DNA from: Candidatus Coprovivens sp.
GTDB taxonomy: Bacteria > Bacillota_I > Bacilli_A > RF39 > UBA660
NCBI GenBank assembly: GCA_051892935.1
Contig: JBJFGS010000025.1
Span: 1-64,000, forward strand
Direction of reading: 5' to 3'
DNA length: 64,000 nucleotides
Shown: piece after piece, positions 8,196 to 18,913 of the stretch
Numbering within the stretch: position 1 is the stretch's first letter
How the letters are laid out: every line of letters begins with the position of its first letter
Notes under the pieces: model-generated
Told to the model about the DNA's origin: nothing
Database searches by the model: none
Seen by the model: only the letters and a program-made list of their open reading frames with translations
Made by a program: the position numbers and the translations under genes

Positions 8196-10238
8196 ATGCA
8201 TAACAAATATATAGTAAAACAAAATGATATAAAAGATTGTGGAATATGTTGCTTAGAATCAATTATAAAATACTACAATGGTTATATTCCTATGGAAACA
8301 TTAAGGCTAGATACCAAAACAAACAATAATGGAACAACAGCATATAATATAATAAAAACAGCTAAAAAATATGGTTTTAATGCTTTTGGTCAAAAAATAG
8401 AAAATATAAATAATAAGAATATAATATTACCAGCAATAGCTCATATAATAACAGAAAAAGGATTAAAACACTTTATAGTTATATATAAGATAACTAAAAA
8501 CAATGTCATAGTAATGGATCCATCTAAGGGATATAAAAAAATAAAAAAAGAAGATTTTATAAAACAATGGACAAACATAATACTAATATTAAAACCATAC
8601 AAAAGAATACCTCTATATAAAATAAAAAATAACTTATTCTTATTATTTTTAGAAATTTCCAAAAAAGAATATAAACTAATTACAAAAGTATTAATAATAA
8701 ACATAATAATAACTTTTCTATCTATATTATTAAGTTACTATTTAAAAATAACAATAAGTAGTATAGAAACATCTTATATAAATAGTATAATCTTTATAAC
8801 AATAATATTCTTTATACTTAATATTCTAAAAATATTCTATACATATATCAAAAATGATTTATCTATATATTTAAACAAAAATATTAATTTAAAAATAATA
8901 CCGGATTTTTTAAATTATATAATTAATCTCCCTTTAGATGTTATCAAATCTAGAACAACAGGAGAAATACTAACTAGAATAGAAGAATTAAATAATATTA
9001 AAAACTTATTTAGTGAAATATTGATTACTATATTATTAGATATCTTTTTAATAATAACATCTTCAATATTCTTATATAACATCAGTAAAGAATTATTTTT
9101 TATTCTTTGTATAATATCTTTATTACTGATTATAGTAGGTATAATAAGTTGTCCTATATTAAATAATAAAATAAACGATAACATCGAACTAGAGACTGAG
9201 TTTAATGCCAAATTATCAGAATCAATAGATACATTAGAATCAATAAAAAATTTAAATATTACAAAAAGAGAAGAAGAAATACTAGAAAAGTCATTTGTAG
9301 AATACGAAGATAACTCATTTAAGTTTTCAAAGTTTTTAAATAACCTAAATTCACTAAATAATACAATCTATGATATTGGTATATTTATAATATTATCTTA
9401 TGGTTTATTTCTAATCATGAAAAACTCCTTTTCGTTAATACTATTAATCACATTTAATAGTCTCATATCATATTTGATAGAACCATTAAAAGAAATAATC
9501 TCCTTAATACCAAAATATTATCATATAAAATTATCTTTCATAAAAATAAGTGAATTCTTAAACATAGAAAAAGAAGAACTTAGCAATAATAATGGTTTTT
9601 CTAATGGTGATATAAGATACAATAGTATTTCTTATTCATATGATAATAATAAAATTTTAAATAATATATCTTTTAGTATAAAAATGAATAATCACTTAAC
9701 CATTAGTGGCAAAACAGGTAGTGGTAAAAGTACATTATTCAAAATGTTAAATCATAATATCAAAGATTATGAAGGTAACATATATATAGGAGATATAAAT
9801 ATAAAAGATTATTCACTCAATACATTAAGATCTAACATTCTATATGTATCACAAAAAGAAAAATTATTTAATGATACAATATTAAATAATATTGTCTTAT
9901 CCAAAAAGATTTCTATAAAAGAATTAAACAAAGTCCTAAAAATAACTAAAGTAGATGAAATAATAGAAAAAAAATCATTAAGATTAAACTCTTATCTTTA
10001 TGATAATGGTTCAAATTTAAGTGGTGGTGAAAGACAAAGAATCATCTTAGCAAGATCAATTATATACAATCCTAAAATACTCATTTTAGATGAATCATTG
10101 TCAGAAGTAGATAAAGATACTGAAAAAGAAATAATAAATAATATCGATAAATATCTTCCAAATACTACGATTATTTATATATCCCATAATAATACCTCTT
10201 ATTTTAAAAATAAAATAGAAATGGACAAATTAATATGA
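8196..10238 (+). CDS. Peptidase C39-containing ABC transporter (double-glycine-leader peptide exporter)
   Basis: QNDIKDCG (catalytic Cys), HFIVI..MDPS (His, Asp), TM domain, GKTGSGKS, LSGGERQR, LILDES. Confidence 0.92.
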   Translation: MHNKYIVKQNDIKDCGICCLESIIKYYNGYIPMETLRLDTKTNNNGTTAYNIIKTAKKYGFNAFGQKIENINNKNIILPAIAHIITEKGLKHFIVIYKITKNNVIVMDPSKGYKKIKKEDFIKQWTNIILILKPYKRIPLYKIKNNLFLLFLEISKKEYKLITKVLIINIIITFLSILLSYYLKITISSIETSYINSIIFITIIFFILNILKIFYTYIKNDLSIYLNKNINLKIIPDFLNYIINLPLDVIKSRTTGEILTRIEELNNIKNLFSEILITILLDIFLIITSSIFLYNISKELFFILCIISLLLIIVGIISCPILNNKINDNIELETEFNAKLSESIDTLESIKNLNITKREEEILEKSFVEYEDNSFKFSKFLNNLNSLNNTIYDIGIFIILSYGLFLIMKNSFSLILLITFNSLISYLIEPLKEIISLIPKYYHIKLSFIKISEFLNIEKEELSNNNGFSNGDIRYNSISYSYDNNKILNNISFSIKMNNHLTISGKTGSGKSTLFKMLNHNIKDYEGNIYIGDINIKDYSLNTLRSNILYVSQKEKLFNDTILNNIVLSKKISIKELNKVLKITKVDEIIEKKSLRLNSYLYDNGSNLSGGERQRIILARSIIYNPKILILDESLSEVDKDTEKEIINNIDKYLPNTTIIYISHNNTSYFKNKIEMDKLI

Positions 10239-10651
10239 TAAGTAAAACATTTCTAATATCCGAGCAACCAAAAAACCATAAAGTAATTCATATAATAATA
10301 TTTATAATAACAATAACTTCTATAATATTTTCTTATTCGTATAAAACTTATAACTCTTTAAATATAATAGGTATATATAAATGTGATGAATATTGTTATA
10401 TAGATTCAACTCTATCATATAACGATATAATAAAAATAGATAATCCAACTATCATAGAATATAATAATAAAAAATATAAAATTGAAGATATTATCTATAG
10501 CGAACCATATTTAAATAATAATATTGCTTACCAAGATATAAAAATAAAAAGTAATCTTAATACCAAAGAAAAGCTAATTAATATAAAAATCTTATATAAA
10601 AAACAAAGAATAATAACCAAAATAAAAAACTTAATAACGGAGGAAGAATAA
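10235..10651 (+). CDS. Membrane-anchored accessory protein of the peptide exporter operon
   Basis: Overlaps the transporter stop; one N-terminal TM followed by a beta-rich region, in the position of a HlyD-like accessory factor. Confidence 0.5.
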   Translation: MISKTFLISEQPKNHKVIHIIIFIITITSIIFSYSYKTYNSLNIIGIYKCDEYCYIDSTLSYNDIIKIDNPTIIEYNNKKYKIEDIIYSEPYLNNNIAYQDIKIKSNLNTKEKLINIKILYKKQRIITKIKNLITEEE

Positions 10652-10803
10652 TGTATTTAAAAGATGAAGAATTAAATAATATTGAAGGTGGAGGCTTAAT
10701 AATAGGATTGGGAAAGTGGATCGTCGCAGGAGGGATATTTACCTTTTTAATAGGTTCAATCAATGGCTATCTAAGGCCTTTAACATGTGGAAGCGATAAA
10801 TAA
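10651..10803 (+). CDS. Double-glycine-leader peptide A (bacteriocin-like, 50 aa)
   Basis: SD GGAGG. MYLKDEELNNIEGG / GLIIGLGKWIVAGGIFTFLIGSINGYLRPLTCGSDK. Not in the ORF track. Confidence 0.85.
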   Translation: MYLKDEELNNIEGGGLIIGLGKWIVAGGIFTFLIGSINGYLRPLTCGSDK

Positions 10804-10816
10804 TTAGGAGGACAAT

Positions 10817-10972
10817 ATGTCAGATCAAGAACTAAGTAATGTAATAGGTGGTGCTTCAATAAGTGCTACTATGTTAAATGCTATATCTAGAAGTATAGAA
10901 ACTATATATAACTTAGGTAAAGCTTTTGGAACAGCAATAAACATGCTAATAAAAGGAAAAAGATGTAATTAA
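10817..10972 (+). CDS. Double-glycine-leader peptide B (bacteriocin-like, 51 aa)
   Basis: SD AGGAGG. MSDQELSNVIGG / ASISATMLNAISRSIETIYNLGKAFGTAINMLIKGKRCN. Not in the ORF track. Confidence 0.85.
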   Translation: MSDQELSNVIGGASISATMLNAISRSIETIYNLGKAFGTAINMLIKGKRCN

Positions 10973-10997
10973 AATGAAGAGGAAACTCTTCATTTTT
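10973..10997 (+). terminator. Intrinsic terminator closing the peptide exporter operon
   Basis: AATGAAGAG-gaaa-CTCTTCATT followed by Ts. Confidence 0.8.
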
Positions 10998-11045
10998 CTT
11001 GTAATAAAAAGAATAATATGTTAAATTGAACATAGGGTGGTTAAT

Positions 11046-12098
11046 ATGAAAAGAATAGCAGGATTAGATATAGTAAGAACAATAGCAATTCTTTTCGTTA
11101 TTAGCGTACATTACTTTTTAAACACTATTTTTTATAAAATTCCAACAACAGGTAAAACAATGGGTATTCTATTATCATTTAGATGGTTATTTTTCACATG
11201 TGTCCCATTATTCTTATTACTAACCGGATATCTAAGTAGAAACAAAGAGCCAAATAAAAAATATTTTTTAGGTCTTAAAAAAGTTTTAACAAGCTATTTA
11301 TTTATAAGCATAATATGTATTTTAGTAAGAATCTTTTACTTTGGTGAAAAAAGAAGAATACTATACTGGTTAATTAGTCCTTTCAATTTTAGTGCGGATG
11401 GCTACTCTTGGTATATAGAAATGTATATAGGATTATTTTTACTAGCGCCATTTCTAAATATTCTATATAAAGGATTAGAAGCCAAAGAAAAGAAACAATA
11501 TCTAATAATAGTATTTTTACTAATAACAAGTGCTCCAGCAATATTTAATAATTACAACATACTAGGATTAAACAAAGTAGAATTATATCCAAACTGGTGG
11601 TTAAACTTATATCCAATTACATACTACTTCATAGGATCATATATAGGAGAATATCAACCAAAAGTAAATAAAAAATTATGTATATTTTATATATTATTAG
11701 TGCTACTAATCCAAACAAGTTGTTATTATCTATTACTAGATGGAAGTAAATTTTCATGGGATATATATGGTGGATATGGAAGTATATTAACAATAATTCT
11801 AACAATATTAATATTTTTAACATTCTATGATATAGACATAAAGAATAAAATAATTTCTAAATTAATAACTTCAATTTCATTATGTTCATTAGATATGTAC
11901 TTATTTTCATACTTAATAGATATAAAAGTATATGAAAAAATTAATAAAATTGCAACAACACCTAAAAAATTAATGTTATATATGTTTCCAACAATTTTAT
12001 TAATTTTCACAATATGTTACATAATATCCTTACTTAAAAAATTAATATTTGAATTTCCTGAAAAAATAAAAAACTTCAAATTAAAACAAAAAACTTGA
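11046..12098 (+). CDS. Acyltransferase family 3 (OafA-like) O-acyltransferase
   Basis: RIAGLDIVRTIAILFVISVH, VPLFLLLTGY and SWYIEMY motifs; multi-TM. Confidence 0.9.
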   Translation: MKRIAGLDIVRTIAILFVISVHYFLNTIFYKIPTTGKTMGILLSFRWLFFTCVPLFLLLTGYLSRNKEPNKKYFLGLKKVLTSYLFISIICILVRIFYFGEKRRILYWLISPFNFSADGYSWYIEMYIGLFLLAPFLNILYKGLEAKEKKQYLIIVFLLITSAPAIFNNYNILGLNKVELYPNWWLNLYPITYYFIGSYIGEYQPKVNKKLCIFYILLVLLIQTSCYYLLLDGSKFSWDIYGGYGSILTIILTILIFLTFYDIDIKNKIISKLITSISLCSLDMYLFSYLIDIKVYEKINKIATTPKKLMLYMFPTILLIFTICYIISLLKKLIFEFPEKIKNFKLKQKT

Positions 12099-12137
12099 TA
12101 AAAAGCACAAAAATAGGCCTTTTGTCAAGTTTTTTTC

Positions 12138-12166
12138 TTGTCAAAAAAAATATGAAGTGTTATAAT
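12138..12166 (+). promoter_or_regulatory. Sigma-A promoter of rpsU-yqeY
   Basis: TTGTCA-N17-TATAAT with extended TG. Confidence 0.75.
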
Positions 12167-12197
12167 CTTATATAGTTAATGAAGGGAGGGAAATTCA

Positions 12198-12389
12198 ATG
12201 ACTAAAGTAGTGGTACAAAATGGTAACGTAGATGCAGCATTAAAAAAATTCAAAATTAAAGTTGCTAAAAGCGGTGTCCCTTCAAAACTAAAAGAAAAGA
12301 AATGCTATGATAAACCAGGAGTTAAGAGACGTAAAGCTAAAGAAGAAATGATTAGAAACTCTAGAAAACGTAGAAGAAACGATAGATAG
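12198..12389 (+). CDS. rpsU: 30S ribosomal protein S21
   Basis: VDAALKKFK..V...G and YDKPGVKRR motifs. Confidence 0.95.
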   Translation: MTKVVVQNGNVDAALKKFKIKVAKSGVPSKLKEKKCYDKPGVKRRKAKEEMIRNSRKRRRNDR

Positions 12390-12399
12390 GATGATCTAA

Positions 12400-12846
12400 A
12401 TGGCATTAACTGAAACAATAATTAAAGATATGACTACAGCGATGAAAGAACAAGATAAATTCAATTTATCAGTTCTTAGAATGTTAAAAAGTGCTCTTCA
12501 ATTAGAAAAGATTAGTTTAAAACATGAACTATCTGATGAAGAAGCAATGGTAGTTATAAAAAGACAAGTAAAACAAAGAAAAGATAGCATGTCTGAATAC
12601 GAAAAATATGGTAAGACTGATGAAGTAGAAAACCTTAAGAAAGAGATTGAATGCTTATCAAAATATTTACCAGCTGAACTAAGTGAAGAAGACATTACCA
12701 AACAATTGGATGTAATATTTGATGAACTTAAACCAGAAAGTATGAAAGATATGGGTCGAGTAATGAAAGAAGCAACAGCTCGTTTAGGAGCAGGTGCTGA
12801 TGGTTCATTAGTAAGTAAACTTGTAAGAGAAAGATTAAACAAATAA
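12400..12846 (+). CDS. yqeY: GatB/YqeY domain protein
   Basis: DMTTAMK..LSVLRMLKS, YLPAELSEE and DMGRVMK motifs; follows rpsU. Confidence 0.95.
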   Translation: MALTETIIKDMTTAMKEQDKFNLSVLRMLKSALQLEKISLKHELSDEEAMVVIKRQVKQRKDSMSEYEKYGKTDEVENLKKEIECLSKYLPAELSEEDITKQLDVIFDELKPESMKDMGRVMKEATARLGAGADGSLVSKLVRERLNK

Positions 12847-12950
12847 GATGATGAAAATCATCTTTTTTTATTTGTAGTTCTTGAATAAATAATATATAAA
12901 TGTTACTATTGTTATAGAAAATATAGCTTAAAGTAGCAGGGGGAGTTACT

Positions 12951-14027
12951 ATGAAGAAAGAAAAAAGAAACGGTATAATTTCACTATGGAAATTTATTTT
13001 CGCAATTACAATAGTTTTATTCCATAGTAATAGTTATTTTTCTCCGGAAAAGAGAATATTTATGAGCGGCGGATATATTGCTGTAGAGTATTTCTTCATA
13101 GTTTCTGGTTTTTATTTAGCAAAAAATACTCAAAAGGATAATAAAAACAATAATGACAACATAGGTATAGAAACGATAAAATACATTTGGAAAATAATTA
13201 AAAATATCTTTCCGTATATATTGATTGCATATATAGGAACAATGGCGATAAATGTATATTACCATTCATACAAAATGAATGATTTAGTCAATTCAATTTG
13301 GAACTTATTACTATTAAGACAAATAGGAATTAAATCTATCCTAGTATTACCTCAATTCTGGTATATAACTTCAATGCTATTATCTATTTTTATAATATAT
13401 CCATTATTAAAAAAATATAAAGAAAACTATATATATATAGCCTCATTTTTAATAGCCATTTTAGGTTTGGGCTACCTAAGTCACAACTGGGTAGGACTGA
13501 ATCATGCATACCAAATTTGGGACAAATTCACTTTTACAGGAAATATAAGAAGTTTCATCGAAATAAATATTGGAGTTTTTATATATGGATTAAATTGCCT
13601 TCTGAAAAAAGTAGAATATACAAAAATCGGAAAAACATTAATAACAATATTAGGAGAGGGATTATTAGTAGTAGTGTTAATTATAGCTCAATTCGTATCC
13701 ACATCAAAATATTATGACTATTTATCATTGTTATTTATAATAATCGCAATACTAATAATAACAAGTGAAAAAACACTAGAAGTAAAAAAACTATCTAATA
13801 ATTTTATTTATTATTTAGAAAAACTTAGTATGCCAATATTCATTAATCACATAATGATTCTAGAAATATTAAGTAACATTAACAAAACCAACAACTTACC
13901 ATCAGCATTTATGGCAACAATAGCAATTGTTATAACAATTTTCATATCTATGGTTGAATCGAAACTGATAAAAACAACAAAAATAAATCAAGTAATTACA
14001 AAAATTAAAAAGGTATTTATTAAATAA
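12951..14027 (+). CDS. Acyltransferase family 3 protein
   Basis: RNG.I..WKFIFA..IVLFH, AVEYFFIVSGF and WYITS motifs; multi-TM. Confidence 0.85.
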   Translation: MKKEKRNGIISLWKFIFAITIVLFHSNSYFSPEKRIFMSGGYIAVEYFFIVSGFYLAKNTQKDNKNNNDNIGIETIKYIWKIIKNIFPYILIAYIGTMAINVYYHSYKMNDLVNSIWNLLLLRQIGIKSILVLPQFWYITSMLLSIFIIYPLLKKYKENYIYIASFLIAILGLGYLSHNWVGLNHAYQIWDKFTFTGNIRSFIEINIGVFIYGLNCLLKKVEYTKIGKTLITILGEGLLVVVLIIAQFVSTSKYYDYLSLLFIIIAILIITSEKTLEVKKLSNNFIYYLEKLSMPIFINHIMILEILSNINKTNNLPSAFMATIAIVITIFISMVESKLIKTTKINQVITKIKKVFIK

Positions 14028-14135
14028 TAGAACTCATTAAAGTGTAAAACAGAGTAAAAAATATTTTCATTCAGAGGTAATTAATTAATAATTATGTTAT
14101 TATAAATAAAGAAATTAAATATGAGGAGGCAAAAA

Positions 14136-15086
14136 ATGGAACCGGTAGTATCAGTAATAGTTCCTGCTTACAATGCAGAAAAAACAATCGAAAAATGTTT
14201 AGACAGCCTACTTAATCAAACTTTAAAAGAAATCGAAATTATTGTAATAAATGATTGTAGTAAAGACAATACATTAAAAATATTAAAAAAATATAAAAAT
14301 AAAATAAAATTAATTGATAATAAAGAAAACTTAGGACCAGCTGCTTCCCGTAATAAAGGGCTAGATATCGCAAAAGGTAAATACATTGGTTTTGTAGATT
14401 CCGATGACTGGGTAGCAACAAATATGTACGAATTAATGTCATCAAGAATGACAGACAAAGTAGATTTAGTTGCATGTTCTAGAATAAATGTCACAAAAAA
14501 AGGTGAAACACCAATAATAAATAAAAATAAAGATACAGATGCAAAAGCATTCACAAAAACATCAAATTACAATTGTGATAAATTATTTAAAAGAGAAATA
14601 ATCGAAAAATACAATTTAAGAATGCCAGAGCAATATTCATACGCAGAAGATTTTGCTTTTGGTATAAGATATAAATATTATGCTAATAAAATGTGTATTT
14701 TAGAAGAACCATTATATTACTATCTAGCAGATAGTGAAGGTTCTATTACAAATAGTTATAAAAGAAATTTACTAAATATAATAAAAGTACTAGAAGACAT
14801 GATAGAATTTTTCAAAAAAGAAAACTCATTTGAAAAATATGAAAAAGAACTTGTAGAATTATGTGCTGGTTTTTATGTTAGAAGAACAAGAGAGTTTAAA
14901 AACTTTACTGATGAAGAATTACAAAAAGAATTTGTAAAAGAGTTTTTAAAATTCTTTAAAAACAATTTCAAATACTACAAACATCAGATAAATAGTTTTA
15001 AAACAAAGTATTATCGTTTTTATAGAAGCTCATATCCATTAATGCTAATATATATAAAATTACAGAAATTTAGGAGGAAGAAGTAA
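14136..15086 (+). CDS. Glycosyltransferase family 2
   Basis: VSVIVPAYN, INDCSKD, FVDSDD and AED motifs. Confidence 0.93.
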   Translation: MEPVVSVIVPAYNAEKTIEKCLDSLLNQTLKEIEIIVINDCSKDNTLKILKKYKNKIKLIDNKENLGPAASRNKGLDIAKGKYIGFVDSDDWVATNMYELMSSRMTDKVDLVACSRINVTKKGETPIINKNKDTDAKAFTKTSNYNCDKLFKREIIEKYNLRMPEQYSYAEDFAFGIRYKYYANKMCILEEPLYYYLADSEGSITNSYKRNLLNIIKVLEDMIEFFKKENSFEKYEKELVELCAGFYVRRTREFKNFTDEELQKEFVKEFLKFFKNNFKYYKHQINSFKTKYYRFYRSSYPLMLIYIKLQKFRRKK

Positions 15087-17728
15087 TGAAAAAAGATTTT
15101 AAGTTTTCAGTAATAATACCAATTTATAATGTTGAGGAATATTTAGAAGAAACAATAGAATCAGTAGTAAATCAAACTATAGGTTTTGAAAAGAATATTC
15201 AACTAATACTAATAAACGATGGCTCTCCAGACAATTCAGAAGAAATTTGTTTAAAATACAAAGAGTTGTATCCAGATAACGTTATCTATCACAAACAAAA
15301 AAATGCTGGTGTATCAGCAGCACGTAATAAAGGAATCGAACTGGCAGAAGGAGAATTCGTTAATTTCTTAGATAGTGATGATAAATGGTCACTAGATTCA
15401 TTTAAAGAAGTTTATAAAAACAACAAAAAAAATCCTGAAATAAACATATTTAGCTGTAAAATGATGTTTTTTGATGCGCAAAAAGGTAATCACCCATTAA
15501 ATTATAAGTATAAAGAAAATAAAATAGTCGACATAACAGTTGATGGTAATTACGTTCAAATGCACGTAAGCTCTACAATCATAAAAACAGCGGTCGCGAA
15601 GAAATATAAATTTGATCAAACAATTAAATATGCAGAAGATACAAGATTTATAAATGAAATATTACTTGATGAGAAAAAAATGCTATTATTAAAAAAGCCA
15701 ACATATTATTATAGAAAAAGAAGTGCTGGTAATTCTGCAATCCAAACAAAAGAAAAAAATAAAGATTGGTATCAAGTATCACCAACCAAAGTATTCAAAT
15801 ATATAATAGAAAAATCGCTTGAAAAGTACGGGAAAGTTCTTCCATTTGTTCAATATACAATAATGTACGAGTTACAATGGCGTTTTAAAACAGAATTAAA
15901 AAACGATATACTAACAAAAAAAGAAGCAAACGAATACAAGGAAGTGTTATATGATTTACTAAGTTATATAGAAGATAGCATCATCTTAGAACAAAAAAAA
16001 TTATTTATAGAACATAAATTATTCCTAATATCAAAGAAAAATAAACAAAATATATTAAAAAAATGTAGTGTCAAAGATGATAAGTTAATATATAATGACA
16101 TGGTTCTAGTAGATTTTAAAAAATCAAATCTTTTAACAATTAATGTTATAAACTTAAAAGAAAATATAATAGATATTTGCGGTCAGTTAAATTGCTTTCT
16201 TCCAGAGAAAGACTATGAAATAATATATGAAATAAATGATAAAGAAAAAAAATTAAAATTAGAGGCATCAAAAAGGAATACACGAATAATTTTAGATGAA
16301 ATAATTCTAAATAATAAAACATTTAGATTTAAAGAAAATTTAAAAGATTTAGAAAACAAAATAACATTTTATATTGAGTACAAAGGAAACAAAATAAAAC
16401 TTTCACCTGCTTATACATTTCAAGGAAGAATAGATAAAAAGTTATCATTACACTTTCTAAAAAATAACAAAATGATATATAACCAAAAAGGCAGTATAAT
16501 TATCAACAAAAAATCAATCATAAAATGCTTAGTACTAGAGACCAAATGTTTTTTGCAAATGTTAAAAAACAAAAAAATAAAACAAATGATATATAGATAC
16601 ACAGCTAAATTGTTTAGATTATTTAACAGAAAAGAAATATGGTTAATATCTGACAGAACTTTAGTAGCAAACGATAATGGTATGCATTTCTTTAAATACA
16701 CATGCAAACAAAAGGATAAAAACATAAAGCCATACTTTGTAATTGATAAGTCATCAGAAGATTACAATAAGATGAAAGAGTATGGAAGAGTAGTTGCACA
16801 TAATTCATATAAGTATAAAGTATTATTCTTGGCAGCTAAAAAAATCATTTCTAGTCAAGGAGACGCTTGGGTAATAAACGCATTCGGTAAAAACGAAAAA
16901 TTCTATAGGGACATGTTTGAATATGATTTCGTATTCCTTCAACACGGAATAACCAAAAACGACCAAACTGCTTGGCTAAATTACATGAACAAAAACATCA
17001 AAATGCTTGTAACAGCAACGATTCCAGAATATGAATCATTTTTAGATTTAAACTATGGATACACAAAAGATGAAATAAAATTAACTGGCTTTCCAAGATA
17101 CGATAACTTAGTGAACGAAAGAGAAAAACTAATTGCAGTTATGCCTACATGGAGACAAAGTCTATCAGGAATTAACGACGGATCAACCGGTGTAAGACAA
17201 TACAATCCAGACTTTAAAAAAAGTGAATATTTCAAATTTTATAACGATTTAATAAATGATAAAGAATTATTATCATTAATGAAGAAAAAAGGCTATAAAG
17301 GAATATTTGTTACTCATCCATCACATATGACCAATAGTATCGATTTTGAAGAAAATGAATGCTTTGAAGTAGTAAAAGGATATGCTGATTATCAAGAAAT
17401 ATTTAAAAAAGCTAGCCTTTTAATAACTGATTATTCTAGCGTAGCATTCGATTTTGCATATTTGAAAAAACCTGTTATTTATGCAGAGTTTGACAAAGAA
17501 GAATTCTTTAAGCAACATATTTATGACGAAGGCTACTTTAAAACTGAAAGAGATGGATTTGGACCTGTAGTAAAATCACGTGAAGAAGCCATAAAAAGCA
17601 TATTAGAAGTTCTTGAAAAAGATTGTGAAATCGAAAATAAATATAAGAAAAGAATTGAAAAATTCTATAAATTCAATGATACAAATAATTGCAAAAGAGT
17701 ATATGAAGAAATAAAAAAAATAAAATAA
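15086..17728 (+). CDS. Bifunctional GT2 / CDP-glycerol:poly(glycerophosphate) glycerophosphotransferase (TagF-like)
   Basis: N-terminal GT2 (FLDSDD); C-terminal FLQHGI, TGFPRYD, MPTWR and LITDYSSVAFDFAYL motifs. Confidence 0.9.
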   Translation: MKKDFKFSVIIPIYNVEEYLEETIESVVNQTIGFEKNIQLILINDGSPDNSEEICLKYKELYPDNVIYHKQKNAGVSAARNKGIELAEGEFVNFLDSDDKWSLDSFKEVYKNNKKNPEINIFSCKMMFFDAQKGNHPLNYKYKENKIVDITVDGNYVQMHVSSTIIKTAVAKKYKFDQTIKYAEDTRFINEILLDEKKMLLLKKPTYYYRKRSAGNSAIQTKEKNKDWYQVSPTKVFKYIIEKSLEKYGKVLPFVQYTIMYELQWRFKTELKNDILTKKEANEYKEVLYDLLSYIEDSIILEQKKLFIEHKLFLISKKNKQNILKKCSVKDDKLIYNDMVLVDFKKSNLLTINVINLKENIIDICGQLNCFLPEKDYEIIYEINDKEKKLKLEASKRNTRIILDEIILNNKTFRFKENLKDLENKITFYIEYKGNKIKLSPAYTFQGRIDKKLSLHFLKNNKMIYNQKGSIIINKKSIIKCLVLETKCFLQMLKNKKIKQMIYRYTAKLFRLFNRKEIWLISDRTLVANDNGMHFFKYTCKQKDKNIKPYFVIDKSSEDYNKMKEYGRVVAHNSYKYKVLFLAAKKIISSQGDAWVINAFGKNEKFYRDMFEYDFVFLQHGITKNDQTAWLNYMNKNIKMLVTATIPEYESFLDLNYGYTKDEIKLTGFPRYDNLVNEREKLIAVMPTWRQSLSGINDGSTGVRQYNPDFKKSEYFKFYNDLINDKELLSLMKKKGYKGIFVTHPSHMTNSIDFEENECFEVVKGYADYQEIFKKASLLITDYSSVAFDFAYLKKPVIYAEFDKEEFFKQHIYDEGYFKTERDGFGPVVKSREEAIKSILEVLEKDCEIENKYKKRIEKFYKFNDTNNCKRVYEEIKKIK

Positions 17729-17745
17729 AATAGAAAGAAGTATTT

Positions 17746-18810
17746 CTAACCGGAAATACTTCTTTCTATATATTTACATAAGTCTTCAAAATGAGTAATT
17801 CTCATTAAACATTCAACTAATACAGAAACAATAAACGAAAGAATAGTTAATACTAAAAAAGAAAAAGTAATATGTTTAAAAGAATAAATAAAATTGTTTG
17901 CATAACTTATAAAGAAACCATGAATCAAAAACATTACATATGAATAACTGCCAAGTTTATTTAAAATTACATTAATAATTGGGATATTAATAATATATTC
18001 ATAACAAAAACAAATAAAAAACAACGGCACTACTCCAAAATGAAATTCCCAAAAAATATTTCTAGGAAAGTGTGTATACATTAGATATAACGCAAACATT
18101 ACCAATAAATAAAGAAAAAATTTTATAAAACAATTTATCTTAAAATTCTTTATTTTATTAAAAACGTCAAATTCTTGAAATAACATGCCTAAGTAAAAAG
18201 AAAAAATATAAGGTAAAGCACTTGTAGTAGAAACATTTGTTAAATTAAATATTCTAGGAATAATAATAATGGCGATACCTACATTACACCACCCATATTT
18301 TTTAGACAATTTATAAATAATAGGAAGTAAGAAGATAAAAATCAAGGAAGCTCCCACATACCACCAGTTACCAGAAAAACACTTATTATTAATTAGACCA
18401 TTTATCCCTAAAAAATCAAAAAGAATATTAGTAAATCCATAGTATAAATTATTATTAAAATAATATGTAGTAACAGCATCAAACATAATTTCTAATACTA
18501 TAAAAGAAATAATCATTGTAAACCAAAATGTCGGCATTAGTTTAAAAAAACGTTTAATAAAGAAACCTTTTTTATTTTTCATTTTTTTATACGAAGACAA
18601 TAATCCATAGCCAGATAAAAAAACAAATATTGGAACACATATCTTAAAGAAAGTTGCAAGTTGAGCTATTCTCCCAGGAGTAAAAGGAAAAAAACTAATA
18701 TTATATCCAGCTGTATATTCAGTTAATCTAAACAGATGATGAAAAACCATCAATAGAATCGCAATACCTTTAATCTTAAGAGAGTCATTGATAGTAAAAC
18801 TATTTTTCAT
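17746..18810 (-). CDS. Acyltransferase family 3 protein
   Basis: KGIAILLMVFHH, VPIFVFLSGYG and WWYV motifs; multi-TM. Confidence 0.85.
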   Translation of the reverse strand: MKNSFTINDSLKIKGIAILLMVFHHLFRLTEYTAGYNISFFPFTPGRIAQLATFFKICVPIFVFLSGYGLLSSYKKMKNKKGFFIKRFFKLMPTFWFTMIISFIVLEIMFDAVTTYYFNNNLYYGFTNILFDFLGINGLINNKCFSGNWWYVGASLIFIFLLPIIYKLSKKYGWCNVGIAIIIIPRIFNLTNVSTTSALPYIFSFYLGMLFQEFDVFNKIKNFKINCFIKFFLYLLVMFALYLMYTHFPRNIFWEFHFGVVPLFFICFCYEYIINIPIINVILNKLGSYSYVMFLIHGFFISYANNFIYSFKHITFSFLVLTILSFIVSVLVECLMRITHFEDLCKYIERSISG

Positions 18811-18913
18811 AAAACCACCACTTAAATATTAACACAAGAAGCAAACAAAATGTATAATTCCTTTAAAAAAAAGCTCTAATATGGTAAAATAAACACAGAA
18901 GGTGAAACATAAA

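Noticed and set aside
10578-10763. 61-aa minus-strand ORF as an immunity protein
   Set aside because: Antisense to the better-supported peptide A and accessory genes; no SD seen.
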